From Myxococcota bacterium (GTDB lineage Bacteria; Myxococcota_A; UBA9042; PHBI01; JAWLBL01), in contig JAWLBL010000036.1 in assembly GCA_041687695.1 (NCBI GenBank), positions 11,384-75,383 of the forward strand: a DNA stretch of 64,000 nt, written 5' to 3'. Of this stretch, positions 35,218 to 44,432 are shown one piece after another; the first letter of the stretch is position 1; the number at the start of each line of letters is the position of its first letter. A program made the translations under genes and the position numbers. A model generated the notes under the pieces. That model was given only the letters and a program-made list of their open reading frames with translations. It ran no database searches and was not told the origin of the DNA.

Positions 35218-38200
35218 ATGTCGGACAGGAGCCCCCTCATCGGGCGGCAGGACGCCCTCGCCGCCCTCGCCACGTCGCTCGACGCCGCGCGCGAGGGGCG
35301 CGGGGCCATCTGGTTCGTCACCGGCGAGCCCGGCATGGGCAAGAGCTGCCTGGCGGACGCGCTCGCCGAGCAGGCGGCCGGCGACGGGTTCACCTGCCTG
35401 CGAGGCCACTGCTGGGAAGCCGGCGGCGCCCCCGCCTTCTGGCCCTGGGTCGAGGTCCTCCGGGACCTGCTGCGACACGACGCAGGCGCCCGCGCCCTGA
35501 TCCGCCTGGAGGCTACCGCGCCGCACCATCTTGCGGCGCTCGGCCAGCTGCTGCCCGAGCTGCCGAACCACCCCGCGCGCGCCTCGCAGCAGGGCGCCGC
35601 CGACGTCCTCGACCCCGAGCAGGCGCGCTTCCGGCTGCTCGACGCCGCGCACACGCTCCTGCGCGAGGCCGCCCTCACCCAGCCGCTGCTGGTCACCCTC
35701 GAGGACCTCCACGCCGCGGACGCCTCGTCGGCCCTGCTGCTCGAGCTGGTCGCCCGCTCGGGCGCCCGCTGCCCGCTGGTCGTGGTGGCCACCTACCGCC
35801 CCAGCGACGCCCGGCTCTCCCCGGCCGGGGCCATCCTCGAGCGGACCACCCGCTTCGCCCGCGCCCTCGCCCTCGCGCCGCTCCCCCCCGAGGCCAGCCG
35901 CCGCCTGGCGGAGGCGACGCTGGGCGAGGCATGCGCCCGCTCGCCCGACGCCCTCGAGGTCCTGCTCGAGCTGGCCGAGGGCCATCCGCTGTTCCTCACC
36001 GAGCTGGCGCGCCTGGTGGCCAGCGGCGTGCCCCCGGACGCGCTGCGACGCGGGCGCACCCTCCCCCTCCCCGAGCGCGTCCGCGCCGCCATCCGCGACC
36101 GGCTGGCGCTCCTCGCCCCCGCCACCCGCGAGCTGCTCGAGGCCGCCGCCGTCCTGGGCCAGGAGCTGCACATCGGCGAGCTGGCCCAGGCGCTCGGGCG
36201 CCCGATGACCGACCTCCTCGACGGCCTCGCCGAAGGGGTCGCCGCCCACGTCCTGCGCGAGCCGGCGCCCGGCCGCTACCGCTTCACCCACATCCTGCTG
36301 CGCGAGGCGCTGCACGCCGAGATCCCACCGAGCCGGCGCGCCAGGCTGCACCTCGAGGCCGCCCAGGCCATCGAGGCCGCCTACACCGACGCCGAGGGTC
36401 GGCCCTGGAGCGCCCTGGCTCACCACTACCTCGAGGCGGGCCCCCTCGCGCCGACGCGCGCCGTCACCTGCTGCCGGGAGGCCGGCGAGGCCGCGCTCGC
36501 CCAGCTGGCCTACGACGAGGCGACCTCCTGGTTCGACCGGGCCCTGCGCGCCGCGGCGGGCCACGCGGGCGACGACGGCGCGCGCGCGGCCCTCATGCTG
36601 CGCCTGGCGCGGGCCCGCATCCACTCCGGCGCGGTCGAGGCCGGGCGGGCGGCCTGCCTCGAGGCGGCCGCGCTGGCCCGGAACCTGGGGGACCCCGAGC
36701 TCCTCGCCCGGGCGGCGCTCGAGTACGGCGGCATCTTCATCTACGGCCGGGTCGATCCGGTGCTGGTCGCGCTGCTCGCCGAAGCGCTCGACCGGCTCGG
36801 ACCGCAGCCCAGCCCCCTGCGCGTGCGGACGCTGGCCCGCTACGCGTCGGCCCTGCAGCCGGCGCCCGACGCCGCGGTGCCGATCGCGCTCGCCCGCGAG
36901 GCGGTCGCCATGGCGCGCGGGCTGGACGATCCCGAGACCCTCCTCGCGGCCATCCGGGGCGGCGTGTCGGCGATGATGGACTTCGCCGAGCCCGGCGAGC
37001 GGGCGGCCCTCAACCGCGAGCAGGTGGCGCTCGCCCAGGCGCTGCGGCAGCGCGCCGACGTCTTCCAGGGCAGCGCGCGGCTGCTGATGGACTGCTTGGA
37101 GATGGGCGACGCGGTCGAGGCCAGGCGGGCGCTGGAGACCTGCGCCGCCGTCGCGGACGCGGTGAAGGTCCCCCACTTCGCCTGGCGGGTGGCGGGCTAC
37201 CGCGCCGCGCTGGCCGCCTTCGAGGGGCGCTTCGCCGAGGCCGACGCCCTGCGCGACCAAGCGCGGGGGCTGGCGGAGCGGGCCGGTGACCCCAACGCGG
37301 CTGGCGCGCTGGCCCTGCTGGCCGGCGCGACGGCCCGGGCGGCCGAGCGCCACGACGCGCTCCGGGCCTGCCACCCGGCGATGGACGCGGCGCTGCGGGT
37401 GATGCCGGGCGGCGAGGTCATCGGCCGGGTCATGGTCCTGGCCGATCGCGCGCGCATGGAGCGCGGCTCGGGCCCCCGCCCGGCGCCGACCGAGGCGGAC
37501 GTGGCGGCGGCCATGAACGGCGACAGCTCCTTCGCCGGCCTGCTGGCGGACGCGGTGGCCGAGGTCGAGGACACCGCAGTGGTCGAGCGGGTCTACGCCT
37601 TCGTGACGCCGCTGTCGGCGCGCTTCGCGAGCTGGGGGCTCTTCGGGCTGGGCAACGACGGCCCGCTCGCCCGCGTCCTCGGGGTGTTGGCCGCTCGGCT
37701 GGGGCGCGCCGACGAGGCCGCCCGCTGGTTCGCCGAGGCGCGCGAGCGGGCCACGCGGGCCGGCGCCCGCCCTGCCCTGGCCCGGGTGGTGGTCGACGAG
37801 GCCTGGGCGGCCCTGCGGCTGGGCACGCCCGAGCGGGCGCGAGCGCTGCTGGCCGAGGCCCGGGAGTCGGCGAGGACGCTGGACATGCCTGGCCTGGTCA
37901 CCGTCGCCGAGCGGCTCGAGGCGGGCTTGGGGCCGGCCGCCTTGGCGGGCGACGAGGGGGCGCGGGGCGCGGTGGCGCTGGTCAAGCTGGGCGACGGCTG
38001 GGAGTGCCGCTGGCGTCAGCGGCGTGTGCTGTTGCCCGACACCAAGGGCACGCGCCTCATCGCCGCGCTGGCCGAGCGGCCGGGCCGCGAGGTGCACGTG
38101 CTCGAGCTCGAGGGAGGCGGCGCCGGCGGGGCGGTGGACGGCGGCGACGCGGGCGAGCTGCTGGACGAGGCGGCGCTGGCGACCTACCGCGCGCGGGTGA

Positions 38201-38481
38201 CCGAGCTACGCGAGGCGCTGGAGGAGGCCGAGACCTGGCACGACGCGGGACGCGCCGAGCAGGCGCGCGACGAGCTCGAGGCGCTGCAGGACGAGCTGGC
38301 CCGCGCGGTGGGCCTCGGCGGGCGGGTGCGCCGGGCGGGCGGCGCCGCCGAGCGGGCGCGGGTCAACGTGCAGCGCCGCATCAAGGACGCCATCCGGCGG
38401 GCGACGCGCCTCGACCCGGAGCTGGGCCGGCACCTCGAGCGGTCCATCAAGACCGGCGCCTTCTGTCGTTACGAGCCCTGA
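35218..38481 (+). CDS. Large AAA (STAND/MalT-like) ATPase with TPR-like helices and a putative C-terminal DNA-binding domain
   Basis: LIGRQ, Walker A GEPGMGKS, Walker B LEDLHAAD, GHPLFL and YRFTHILLRE; C-terminal ERARVNVQRRIKDAI..HLERSIKTGAFCRYEP; TATAGT 7 nt before the ATG. Confidence 0.88.
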   Translation: MSDRSPLIGRQDALAALATSLDAAREGRGAIWFVTGEPGMGKSCLADALAEQAAGDGFTCLRGHCWEAGGAPAFWPWVEVLRDLLRHDAGARALIRLEATAPHHLAALGQLLPELPNHPARASQQGAADVLDPEQARFRLLDAAHTLLREAALTQPLLVTLEDLHAADASSALLLELVARSGARCPLVVVATYRPSDARLSPAGAILERTTRFARALALAPLPPEASRRLAEATLGEACARSPDALEVLLELAEGHPLFLTELARLVASGVPPDALRRGRTLPLPERVRAAIRDRLALLAPATRELLEAAAVLGQELHIGELAQALGRPMTDLLDGLAEGVAAHVLREPAPGRYRFTHILLREALHAEIPPSRRARLHLEAAQAIEAAYTDAEGRPWSALAHHYLEAGPLAPTRAVTCCREAGEAALAQLAYDEATSWFDRALRAAAGHAGDDGARAALMLRLARARIHSGAVEAGRAACLEAAALARNLGDPELLARAALEYGGIFIYGRVDPVLVALLAEALDRLGPQPSPLRVRTLARYASALQPAPDAAVPIALAREAVAMARGLDDPETLLAAIRGGVSAMMDFAEPGERAALNREQVALAQALRQRADVFQGSARLLMDCLEMGDAVEARRALETCAAVADAVKVPHFAWRVAGYRAALAAFEGRFAEADALRDQARGLAERAGDPNAAGALALLAGATARAAERHDALRACHPAMDAALRVMPGGEVIGRVMVLADRARMERGSGPRPAPTEADVAAAMNGDSSFAGLLADAVAEVEDTAVVERVYAFVTPLSARFASWGLFGLGNDGPLARVLGVLAARLGRADEAARWFAEARERATRAGARPALARVVVDEAWAALRLGTPERARALLAEARESARTLDMPGLVTVAERLEAGLGPAALAGDEGARGAVALVKLGDGWECRWRQRRVLLPDTKGTRLIAALAERPGREVHVLELEGGGAGGAVDGGDAGELLDEAALATYRARVTELREALEEAETWHDAGRAEQARDELEALQDELARAVGLGGRVRRAGGAAERARVNVQRRIKDAIRRATRLDPELGRHLERSIKTGAFCRYEP

Positions 38482-38497
38482 GTCGCCGTTGGGGCGG

Positions 38498-38890
38498 GCG
38501 CGGGCCCGGACGACCTTGCAACGACACTCCGAAGGGTCCCGCGCGGGCCCGGACGACCTTGCTGCAACACTCGGAGTGTTCCGCGCGGTCCTCGATGACC
38601 TTGCAGTAACACCTCCGAGGGTCCCGCGCGGGCCCGGACGACCTTGCAGCGACTCTCCGACGGTTCTGCGCGGGCCCTGACGACCTTGCAGTAACACCTC
38701 CGAGGGTCCCGCGCGGGCCCGGACGACCTTGCTGCAACACTCGGAGTGTTCCGCGCGGTCCTCGATGACCTTGCAGAAACACCTCCGAGGGTCCCGCGCG
38801 GGCCCGGACGACCTTGCAGCGACTCTCCGACGGTTCTGCGCGGGCCCGGACGACCTTGCTACGACACTCCGAGGGGTCCAACGCGGGCCC
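38498..38890. repeat. Non-coding tandem array of nine alternating 43/42-bp units plus a partial tenth, with a 170-bp higher-order period
   Basis: Each unit is a near-constant 22-mer GCGCGGGCCCGGACGACCTTGC plus a 20-21 nt variable part. Units start at 38498, 38541, 38583, 38626, 38668, 38711, 38753, 38796 and 38838. Confidence 0.95.
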
Positions 38891-39104
38891 CTCTGCCCCA
38901 GCACCGCCGCGCCCCCTACCCCCTCGGCGCCTCACCGTGCACCGCGATCCATAGCGCCGGCGTGGCCGGCGCGGTCCACAGCCGCCTGCGGCGGCGGAAG
39001 GCACGGCACCGACCGAGATGAGGCCCCGGTGTGGGCGCTCGATGGGATTGCGCGCGGCTCGCCGGCCGCATAGAGTTCCCGCTTCGGCTACCCACGGAGG
39101 CCCA

Positions 39105-39551
39105 GTGCTCGAGCGCATGATGACAATGACGACCCTCGGCGCGGCGGCGTTGGCGCTGCTGTGCGCCGGCTGCGACGACGAGCTCTCGACCTCGGCGCTG
39201 ACCAACGAAGGCACCGCCTGTCTGGTCGCCCCCGCGGCCGACCCGCCGCCCAGCGAGGTCGCCGCCGACGAGATGGCCCACGTGCATGTCGTGATGGACG
39301 GCTGCGCCAGCGGCTGCACCGTCGTCGATGAGACCTCGTGCACGGTCACCCTCGACGGCGCCGTCCTGCGCGTCGAGAGCCAGGCGCGTCTGCGTATTCG
39401 CCAAGGCGACCAGTGCTCGTTCGAGTGCGTCGTGGTAGAGGCCACCTGCCCCACCCCGCCCCTGCCCGCCGGGAGCTATACGGTCCAGCACGGCGACGCG
39501 ACGCGCGCGGTCACGGTGCCAGGTGTCGACGCCTGCCCCGGGCCACGGTGA
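39105..39551 (+). CDS. Small Cys-containing lipoprotein
   Basis: GGAGG RBS before a GTG (alternative ATG at 39117); lipobox CAGC; GCASGC, CSFEC and CPTPPLPAGSYTV. Confidence 0.75.
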   Translation: MLERMMTMTTLGAAALALLCAGCDDELSTSALTNEGTACLVAPAADPPPSEVAADEMAHVHVVMDGCASGCTVVDETSCTVTLDGAVLRVESQARLRIRQGDQCSFECVVVEATCPTPPLPAGSYTVQHGDATRAVTVPGVDACPGPR

Positions 39552-39612
39552 CGAGCCCGCCGAGAGCGCCCCTGTAGGTGTCCGCGGTCAAAGCGAACCC
39601 GAGTTTTGTAGC

Positions 39613-40170
39613 ATGCGCAAGCTTACCGAAATCACGACCTGGACGGACGAAGAACTCGATGATCTCGATGATCAATGGGAACAGGATCGACTGATACGTC
39701 GGCTCATCGGCGAGGGAGCATCTCCCATCGTCCTGGGCCGCTCGATCGTGGTCATCGAACAATGCGACGAAGGCGACGACTCGCCAACGGCCCCTGATGC
39801 CACGCCGCTCCGTGTCACAATCCATCCAGATCCCGATGTAGCGGGCACCGGTGTCGGGATCAGTGAACTGTACATATCTGCCGGTCGGTATGGTCTGCGC
39901 GAAGTCGTGGAGCGTTTCGAGGTCCGAGGAGAAATCCGGGAACGCCGCTTGACGGATGCTCCAGGCTCGCCGGTGGCCCGAAGGCGGCCTGTCGATTTGG
40001 ATGCCAAGGTTGCACGGGCCGCCGAGAGTGGCTTTGAAGACCTGCTGGGTCTCATCGCTTCACACCACGATGAACCGGAGCTGCGCCGCCTCGGGCGAGA
40101 CGCGGCAGAGGCCTTTCGCATCTACTTCGAAGCAGTCAAGACCCGCAAGCCTGGGCGCTCTGGGCCTTGA
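39613..40170 (+). CDS. Hypothetical protein, lower GC than its neighbours
   Basis: Open frame with protein-like composition (acidic N-terminus, helical C-terminus); start uncertain. Confidence 0.5.
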   Translation: MRKLTEITTWTDEELDDLDDQWEQDRLIRRLIGEGASPIVLGRSIVVIEQCDEGDDSPTAPDATPLRVTIHPDPDVAGTGVGISELYISAGRYGLREVVERFEVRGEIRERRLTDAPGSPVARRRPVDLDAKVARAAESGFEDLLGLIASHHDEPELRRLGRDAAEAFRIYFEAVKTRKPGRSGP

Positions 40171-40388
40171 GCGGTTGGGAAGGTGGCCCAGGCATCAGGC
40201 CGGGTCAGGATTCGCCTTGGCAACTTTGGGCCAAGGTGTTGCTCGAAGGCAAACCGTCCATCTTCTCCGGCCTGAAGCGTGGGAGGTGGGACGCATGGCA
40301 CATGGGCCATCGCACGCTCAGGGCGAGCCGAACGCCTCGGAGGGTGGTATGGCGTGGGGACATTCGGGTCCGCGGGCGAGCCGTCGGG

Positions 40389-41465
40389 TCAGTCGCGGAC
40401 CCGCAGGTCGTCGTCGAGGTGGACCTGGGCGAAGCCGATGCCGCCGCTGGGTTGGTCGGGGTCGACGTAGCGGAGGTCGCGGAAGGTGACGCGCCACCCG
40501 TCGGGGAGGCGCTCGGTCTGCCAGTAGGGGTAGCGGGTCCAGTTGGCGAAACCTTTGATGGAGTCGGCGGACAGGGCGGCGCGGACGACGGCGTCGGGTT
40601 CGGTGCGGGGGACCTCGAAGGCGGGGCCGTGGGGTGGCAGGACGCGGTAACGGTCGCGGAAGACGACCACGACGCGGTGCTCGAAGGGGACGCCGGGGAG
40701 GGGGTTGGCCTGGACCTCGAGGGGGCGCTCGTCGGTGGCGGCGCGGGACTCGGCGAAGCGGGCGAGGCCGAAGGCGACGCTGACGTACAGGACCACGGAG
40801 GCGAAGCCGATGCGGGCGAGGCGGCGCTGGGTGGGAGGCGATGGACGGCGCAGGCGGAGGGCGACGAGGGCGGCGAGGCCGAGGAGCCAGCCGACCTTGA
40901 CGCCGCCGGGGACGCGGGCGCTGCCGAGGATGACGGCGCTGGCGAGGAGGCCGAGGAGGAGCCAGCCGGCGATGGACCAGCGGCTGGAGGAGCGGGCGAC
41001 GACGACGCCGGCCGCGGTCAGGAGCCAGAACCAGGGGTCGACGATGAAGAGCGTGTCGCCGTAGAACCAGCGGCCGTCAAAGGGCATCAGCAGGCGCACG
41101 CCGTAGGTGTTCATCCAGTCGAGCAGCGGGTGCGACCAGGTGGCGAGGCAGGCCAGGGCCAGGGTCCAGCCCATGTGGAAGGGAGGTGAGCCGTCGTCGG
41201 GGGTTGGCCGGGCGCGGGCGCGGAGGCGGTCCCAGCCCTGGATGGCCAGGGCGAGCAGGACCGGCAACAGCAGCATGGCCAGCACGCCGTGGGTCCAGCC
41301 CCGGCGGAGGTACAGGGCCGTGTCGTCGCCCAGGAACATGGCGACGGCGTCGACGTCGGGCAGGTTCGCGCCGATGAGCAGGGTCGGCGCGGCGTAGCGC
41401 GTCAGGCGCCGGAGGCCGGTCTCGGCCAGGGTCGCGCCGAAGAGGGTGTGGGCGACGGGGTCCAT
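40389..41465 (-). CDS. Metal-dependent hydrolase (YdjM/YbcI-like inner membrane family)
   Basis: MDPVAHTLFG, ANLPDVD, RRGWTHG, SHPLLDWMNTYGVRLLMPF and FIVDPW. Confidence 0.9.
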   Translation of the reverse strand: MDPVAHTLFGATLAETGLRRLTRYAAPTLLIGANLPDVDAVAMFLGDDTALYLRRGWTHGVLAMLLLPVLLALAIQGWDRLRARARPTPDDGSPPFHMGWTLALACLATWSHPLLDWMNTYGVRLLMPFDGRWFYGDTLFIVDPWFWLLTAAGVVVARSSSRWSIAGWLLLGLLASAVILGSARVPGGVKVGWLLGLAALVALRLRRPSPPTQRRLARIGFASVVLYVSVAFGLARFAESRAATDERPLEVQANPLPGVPFEHRVVVVFRDRYRVLPPHGPAFEVPRTEPDAVVRAALSADSIKGFANWTRYPYWQTERLPDGWRVTFRDLRYVDPDQPSGGIGFAQVHLDDDLRVRD

Positions 41466-41818
41466 GGGGCGCTCGGTCCGTGGGTCTGCGGCCCCGACGG
41501 GTGGGGGTCCTGCCGAGGGAGCTTACAGCGGGCGCGGGCCGCGCGGGGCAAGCTTCGCCCGCTGGGAGGCGGCGCCCGTGGAGGGTAGGGTCCTGCAGAG
41601 CGGGGCACCAACGGCTGGTGCGAACGTGGGGCCAGACGCCGAGACGGCACCGCCGGGGAACGGACGGTCTGGAGCGTGAACACCTCGACGCGCGCGAAGC
41701 GCTCGCGCCGCCGCCGACGCCCAGCCCGACAGCGACTCCACCGAGCGCGCCTGAACCTTCGAGTCCTGGGCGGCCACAATGCGTCCGCGCCGACGGAGCG
41801 CGGAGTGGCGTCCGAGTC

Positions 41819-43615
41819 TCAGGGCAGGGTGAGGGTCGCCGTAGCCAGCGTCACTGGCGTCCGGTCGGCGGCCTCGAAGTAGGAGGCGAAGGCGCGGATC
41901 TCTGGAGCGTCCACCGCGAACAGCTCGGCCGCGAACCGCGCCCCCAGCGTCTGATAGAGCAGCGACACTTCGACCTGGAAGGGGCCGTCTGCCGCCGGGC
42001 GAGGCAGCGCGAACGCCACCACGTCCGAGCCACCGGCGAAGTCGGCGTCGCCGGTCGGCCCGACCGGGCGGGTGTCGGGGGCGTCGGGGTGGTCGTCGCG
42101 CCAGCCGATCGGCAGCAGGCGCGTGTCCTTGGCGTAGCTGGCCGCGTGCATCAGACGCCCGGTCGGGGTCCCGTCCGCGTCGGCCATCACCGCCTCGTAC
42201 AGCTGCACCTGGGTCGGCTGGGTGACCACGGCGTGGTGCGGCTCCATGGGGCCGCCGGCACGCTCGAAGGCGAGGGGCTGCCCGTCGGGGCCGACGATCC
42301 GCCCGGCGGCGTCGACCGCTCCGGAGGTGAAGACCGCCTGTCCGGCGGCGTCGCGGACGGTGACCCGGAGCCAGGCGCGCCGCGCTGGGAACCCGGTCGG
42401 CAGCTTGTGGCCGGCGCGGTTGTCGACCCGCACCGAGAAGCGCAGCGCCGCCTCGTCGGCCGGCTCCGGGAGCACCGTGACCGAGGCGGTCCGCTGCTCG
42501 AGCTGGGCGCGCGCCGCGGCGATGACCGCGTCGAAGGCCTCGGCGGGCGCCGGCGGGCGGAGCGTCGCGGCGTTGTCTCGCAGGATGGCGGGGATGAGGG
42601 TGTTGCCGCCGACGAAGACGTGACGCCCGTAGGGGCTGCGGTCGCCGATGGGCGGGAAGTCGCTGCCGTCGGGGCGGCGGGCGATGGCGGTAGAGATGGG
42701 CGCCCCGTCCACGTCGCGGGTCGGCGTGTGGCAGCCCTGGCAGTCGGCCGCCAGGGGGCCGGGGTCGGCGCGCTCGGTGCTGAAGGCCGAGTTGCGCCAT
42801 TCGAGGTAGGGGGTCTGCTCGGGAAGCCGCTGGCCCACCGGCGTCCCGTCGGGGCGGTGGGCGTCGGTGTAGAGCGTGTGGCAGGTGGCGCACAGGGCCG
42901 AGGACCGCATGTGATCGGCGGCGACCGGAACGAAGCCCGAGCGCATCTCCATCGGGCGCTCGAAGGGAGCGGCGTGCGGCCCGTAGATGAGCCGCTCGGA
43001 GCCGATGACGTACTTGCCGGAGAAGCGCTCGGGCTGGCCCAGCCCGTTCGGCTGGATCTGGTGACAGACGGTACACGAGACGCCGTCGAGCGCGAGCTGT
43101 CCCTCGGCGGTGTCGGAGTAGACGGTCGCGAGCGCGATCGCGCCGCCGGTGCTGTGGGCCTCCCAGGCGGCCATGGGCGAGTGGCAGGTCAGACACTTGT
43201 CCTCGATGGCGCCGGCGAGGCTGGGCGTCGCGACGCGCTCGGCGGCCAGGGCGGCGCGAAACAGCGGGTCACGCGCCGAGTTGGCCATCATGGTGGCCTG
43301 CCACAGATCGAAGGGCGCGATGGGACGACCGGCGGCGTCGCGCATCGCGTCCGAGCCGGCCGAGTTGCTGTGGCAGTCGGCGCAGGCCTGCGAGGTGGCG
43401 AAGTGCCCGTGATCGACGGCCCGCGCGGCGGGGAGCGGCGCCAGGTCGCCCGGAGGCAGGGGGCCGGTCTCCGTCGCGCCCACGTCCGGCGTCCCGCCGC
43501 CGAGGCCGGCCGACACCGCGTCGTGACAGCCGGCGCTGCCCAGGGCGAATGTCGCAGCACAGGTCAACAACGTCGCGACAATCGGCGCGACCGGGGTGCA
43601 TCGCCGCGCGCCCAT
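41819..43615 (-). CDS. Multiheme (five CxxCH) cytochrome c lipoprotein
   Basis: CADCH, CLTCH, CTVCH, CATCH and CQGCH; MANSARDPLF and GHKLPTGFP; signal ending SAGC; start uncertain. Confidence 0.9.
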   Translation of the reverse strand: MGARRCTPVAPIVATLLTCAATFALGSAGCHDAVSAGLGGGTPDVGATETGPLPPGDLAPLPAARAVDHGHFATSQACADCHSNSAGSDAMRDAAGRPIAPFDLWQATMMANSARDPLFRAALAAERVATPSLAGAIEDKCLTCHSPMAAWEAHSTGGAIALATVYSDTAEGQLALDGVSCTVCHQIQPNGLGQPERFSGKYVIGSERLIYGPHAAPFERPMEMRSGFVPVAADHMRSSALCATCHTLYTDAHRPDGTPVGQRLPEQTPYLEWRNSAFSTERADPGPLAADCQGCHTPTRDVDGAPISTAIARRPDGSDFPPIGDRSPYGRHVFVGGNTLIPAILRDNAATLRPPAPAEAFDAVIAAARAQLEQRTASVTVLPEPADEAALRFSVRVDNRAGHKLPTGFPARRAWLRVTVRDAAGQAVFTSGAVDAAGRIVGPDGQPLAFERAGGPMEPHHAVVTQPTQVQLYEAVMADADGTPTGRLMHAASYAKDTRLLPIGWRDDHPDAPDTRPVGPTGDADFAGGSDVVAFALPRPAADGPFQVEVSLLYQTLGARFAAELFAVDAPEIRAFASYFEAADRTPVTLATATLTLP

Positions 43616-43713
43616 TCCTAGCAAACAAGCCGTCCTGCTCGTCACGGTCGACCTCCCGGGTCCGTCCGCGACCAGGCCCGTGCACTTCGCATGCCACCCG
43701 CGTGCCGCCCTAA

Positions 43714-43873
43714 AGGGGCGCGTTCAGAATAGGCTGTTCAGATCGCCAAGGAGGCGCCGTGCTGGGCGCGCCGGCCGAAGCGAAGGTGTATCTGGATACT
43801 CCGAGCTTTGGCCGGCGTGTCCAGTGCGGTGGATCCGCCGGCGAGGTGGGCAGGTTATTCTGATCGCTCCCCT
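43714..43873. mobile_element. MITE-like 160-bp element with imperfect 23-bp terminal inverted repeats
   Basis: Left end AGGGGCGCGTTCAGAATAGGCTG versus reverse complement of the right end AGGGGAGCGATCAGAATAACCTG (19/23); internal nested hairpin GGCCGAAGC..GTATC-TG-GATAC..GCTTTGGCC; no clear TSD. Confidence 0.6.
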
Positions 43874-43905
43874 GATGTTCCCTCTTCGCCAACATCTGTG
43901 AACGG

Positions 43906-44382
43906 GTGGTGCGGCTGCGACAGCTCGACCCCAGCGACCGCGTCCAGCGGTTCACGGCCGACTTCCTGTCGCAGGACGAATGCATCCGCAGCACGCCGCG
44001 CGGCCCCGAGCGCACCGAGCTGGCCGCGCAGCGCGACCAGACGCTCAACCGCCTCCAGGTCCGCGGCGCCCAGGGCCTCGACCGCGCCACCCGGCCCCAG
44101 GCGCAGGCCATCGTCCAGGAGATCGTCCGCCTCAGGCGCGACGCTCGGCCCATCCAGCGGCAGCTGAGCCGCCACGAGGCCAGCCTCAACCAGACCCAGG
44201 GCGCGATGCCCTTCCACGTCACCCACATCGGCCGGCTCGACAGCCAGGACGCGACCGCCCGCACCAGCGGCCGCCTCGCCGACATCAGCCCGGCTCCGCC
44301 CTGGCCCACCCTGCTGGGCGCGGCTCCCGAGCAACCCGCGCCGGGCCAGCAGCCCCGCCGAGGTCGCGGCCGCCGACGCTGA
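43906..44382 (+). CDS. Hypothetical protein, possibly a 5'-truncated remnant
   Basis: Strong G/C-ending codon bias in this frame; no good RBS; begins just after the MITE-like element. Confidence 0.45.
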   Translation: MVRLRQLDPSDRVQRFTADFLSQDECIRSTPRGPERTELAAQRDQTLNRLQVRGAQGLDRATRPQAQAIVQEIVRLRRDARPIQRQLSRHEASLNQTQGAMPFHVTHIGRLDSQDATARTSGRLADISPAPPWPTLLGAAPEQPAPGQQPRRGRGRRR

Positions 44383-44432
44383 CAGGGCGCGGCGTCGCAG
44401 GTGGAGCGCCCGCGCTCGCTCTGTCAGCGCGG

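Noticed and set aside
38498..38890. CRISPR array or TIGR-type guide array
   Set aside because: The variable segments are only 20-21 nt, are homologous to each other and recur within the array; no cas or Nop-domain gene lies in the window. Kept as an unexplained tandem array.
38206..39454. ORFs crossing the repeat array (e.g. 38206..38904 and 38447..39454)
   Set aside because: The 43/42-bp alternation shifts frame between units, and these ORFs overlap real genes on the opposite strand.
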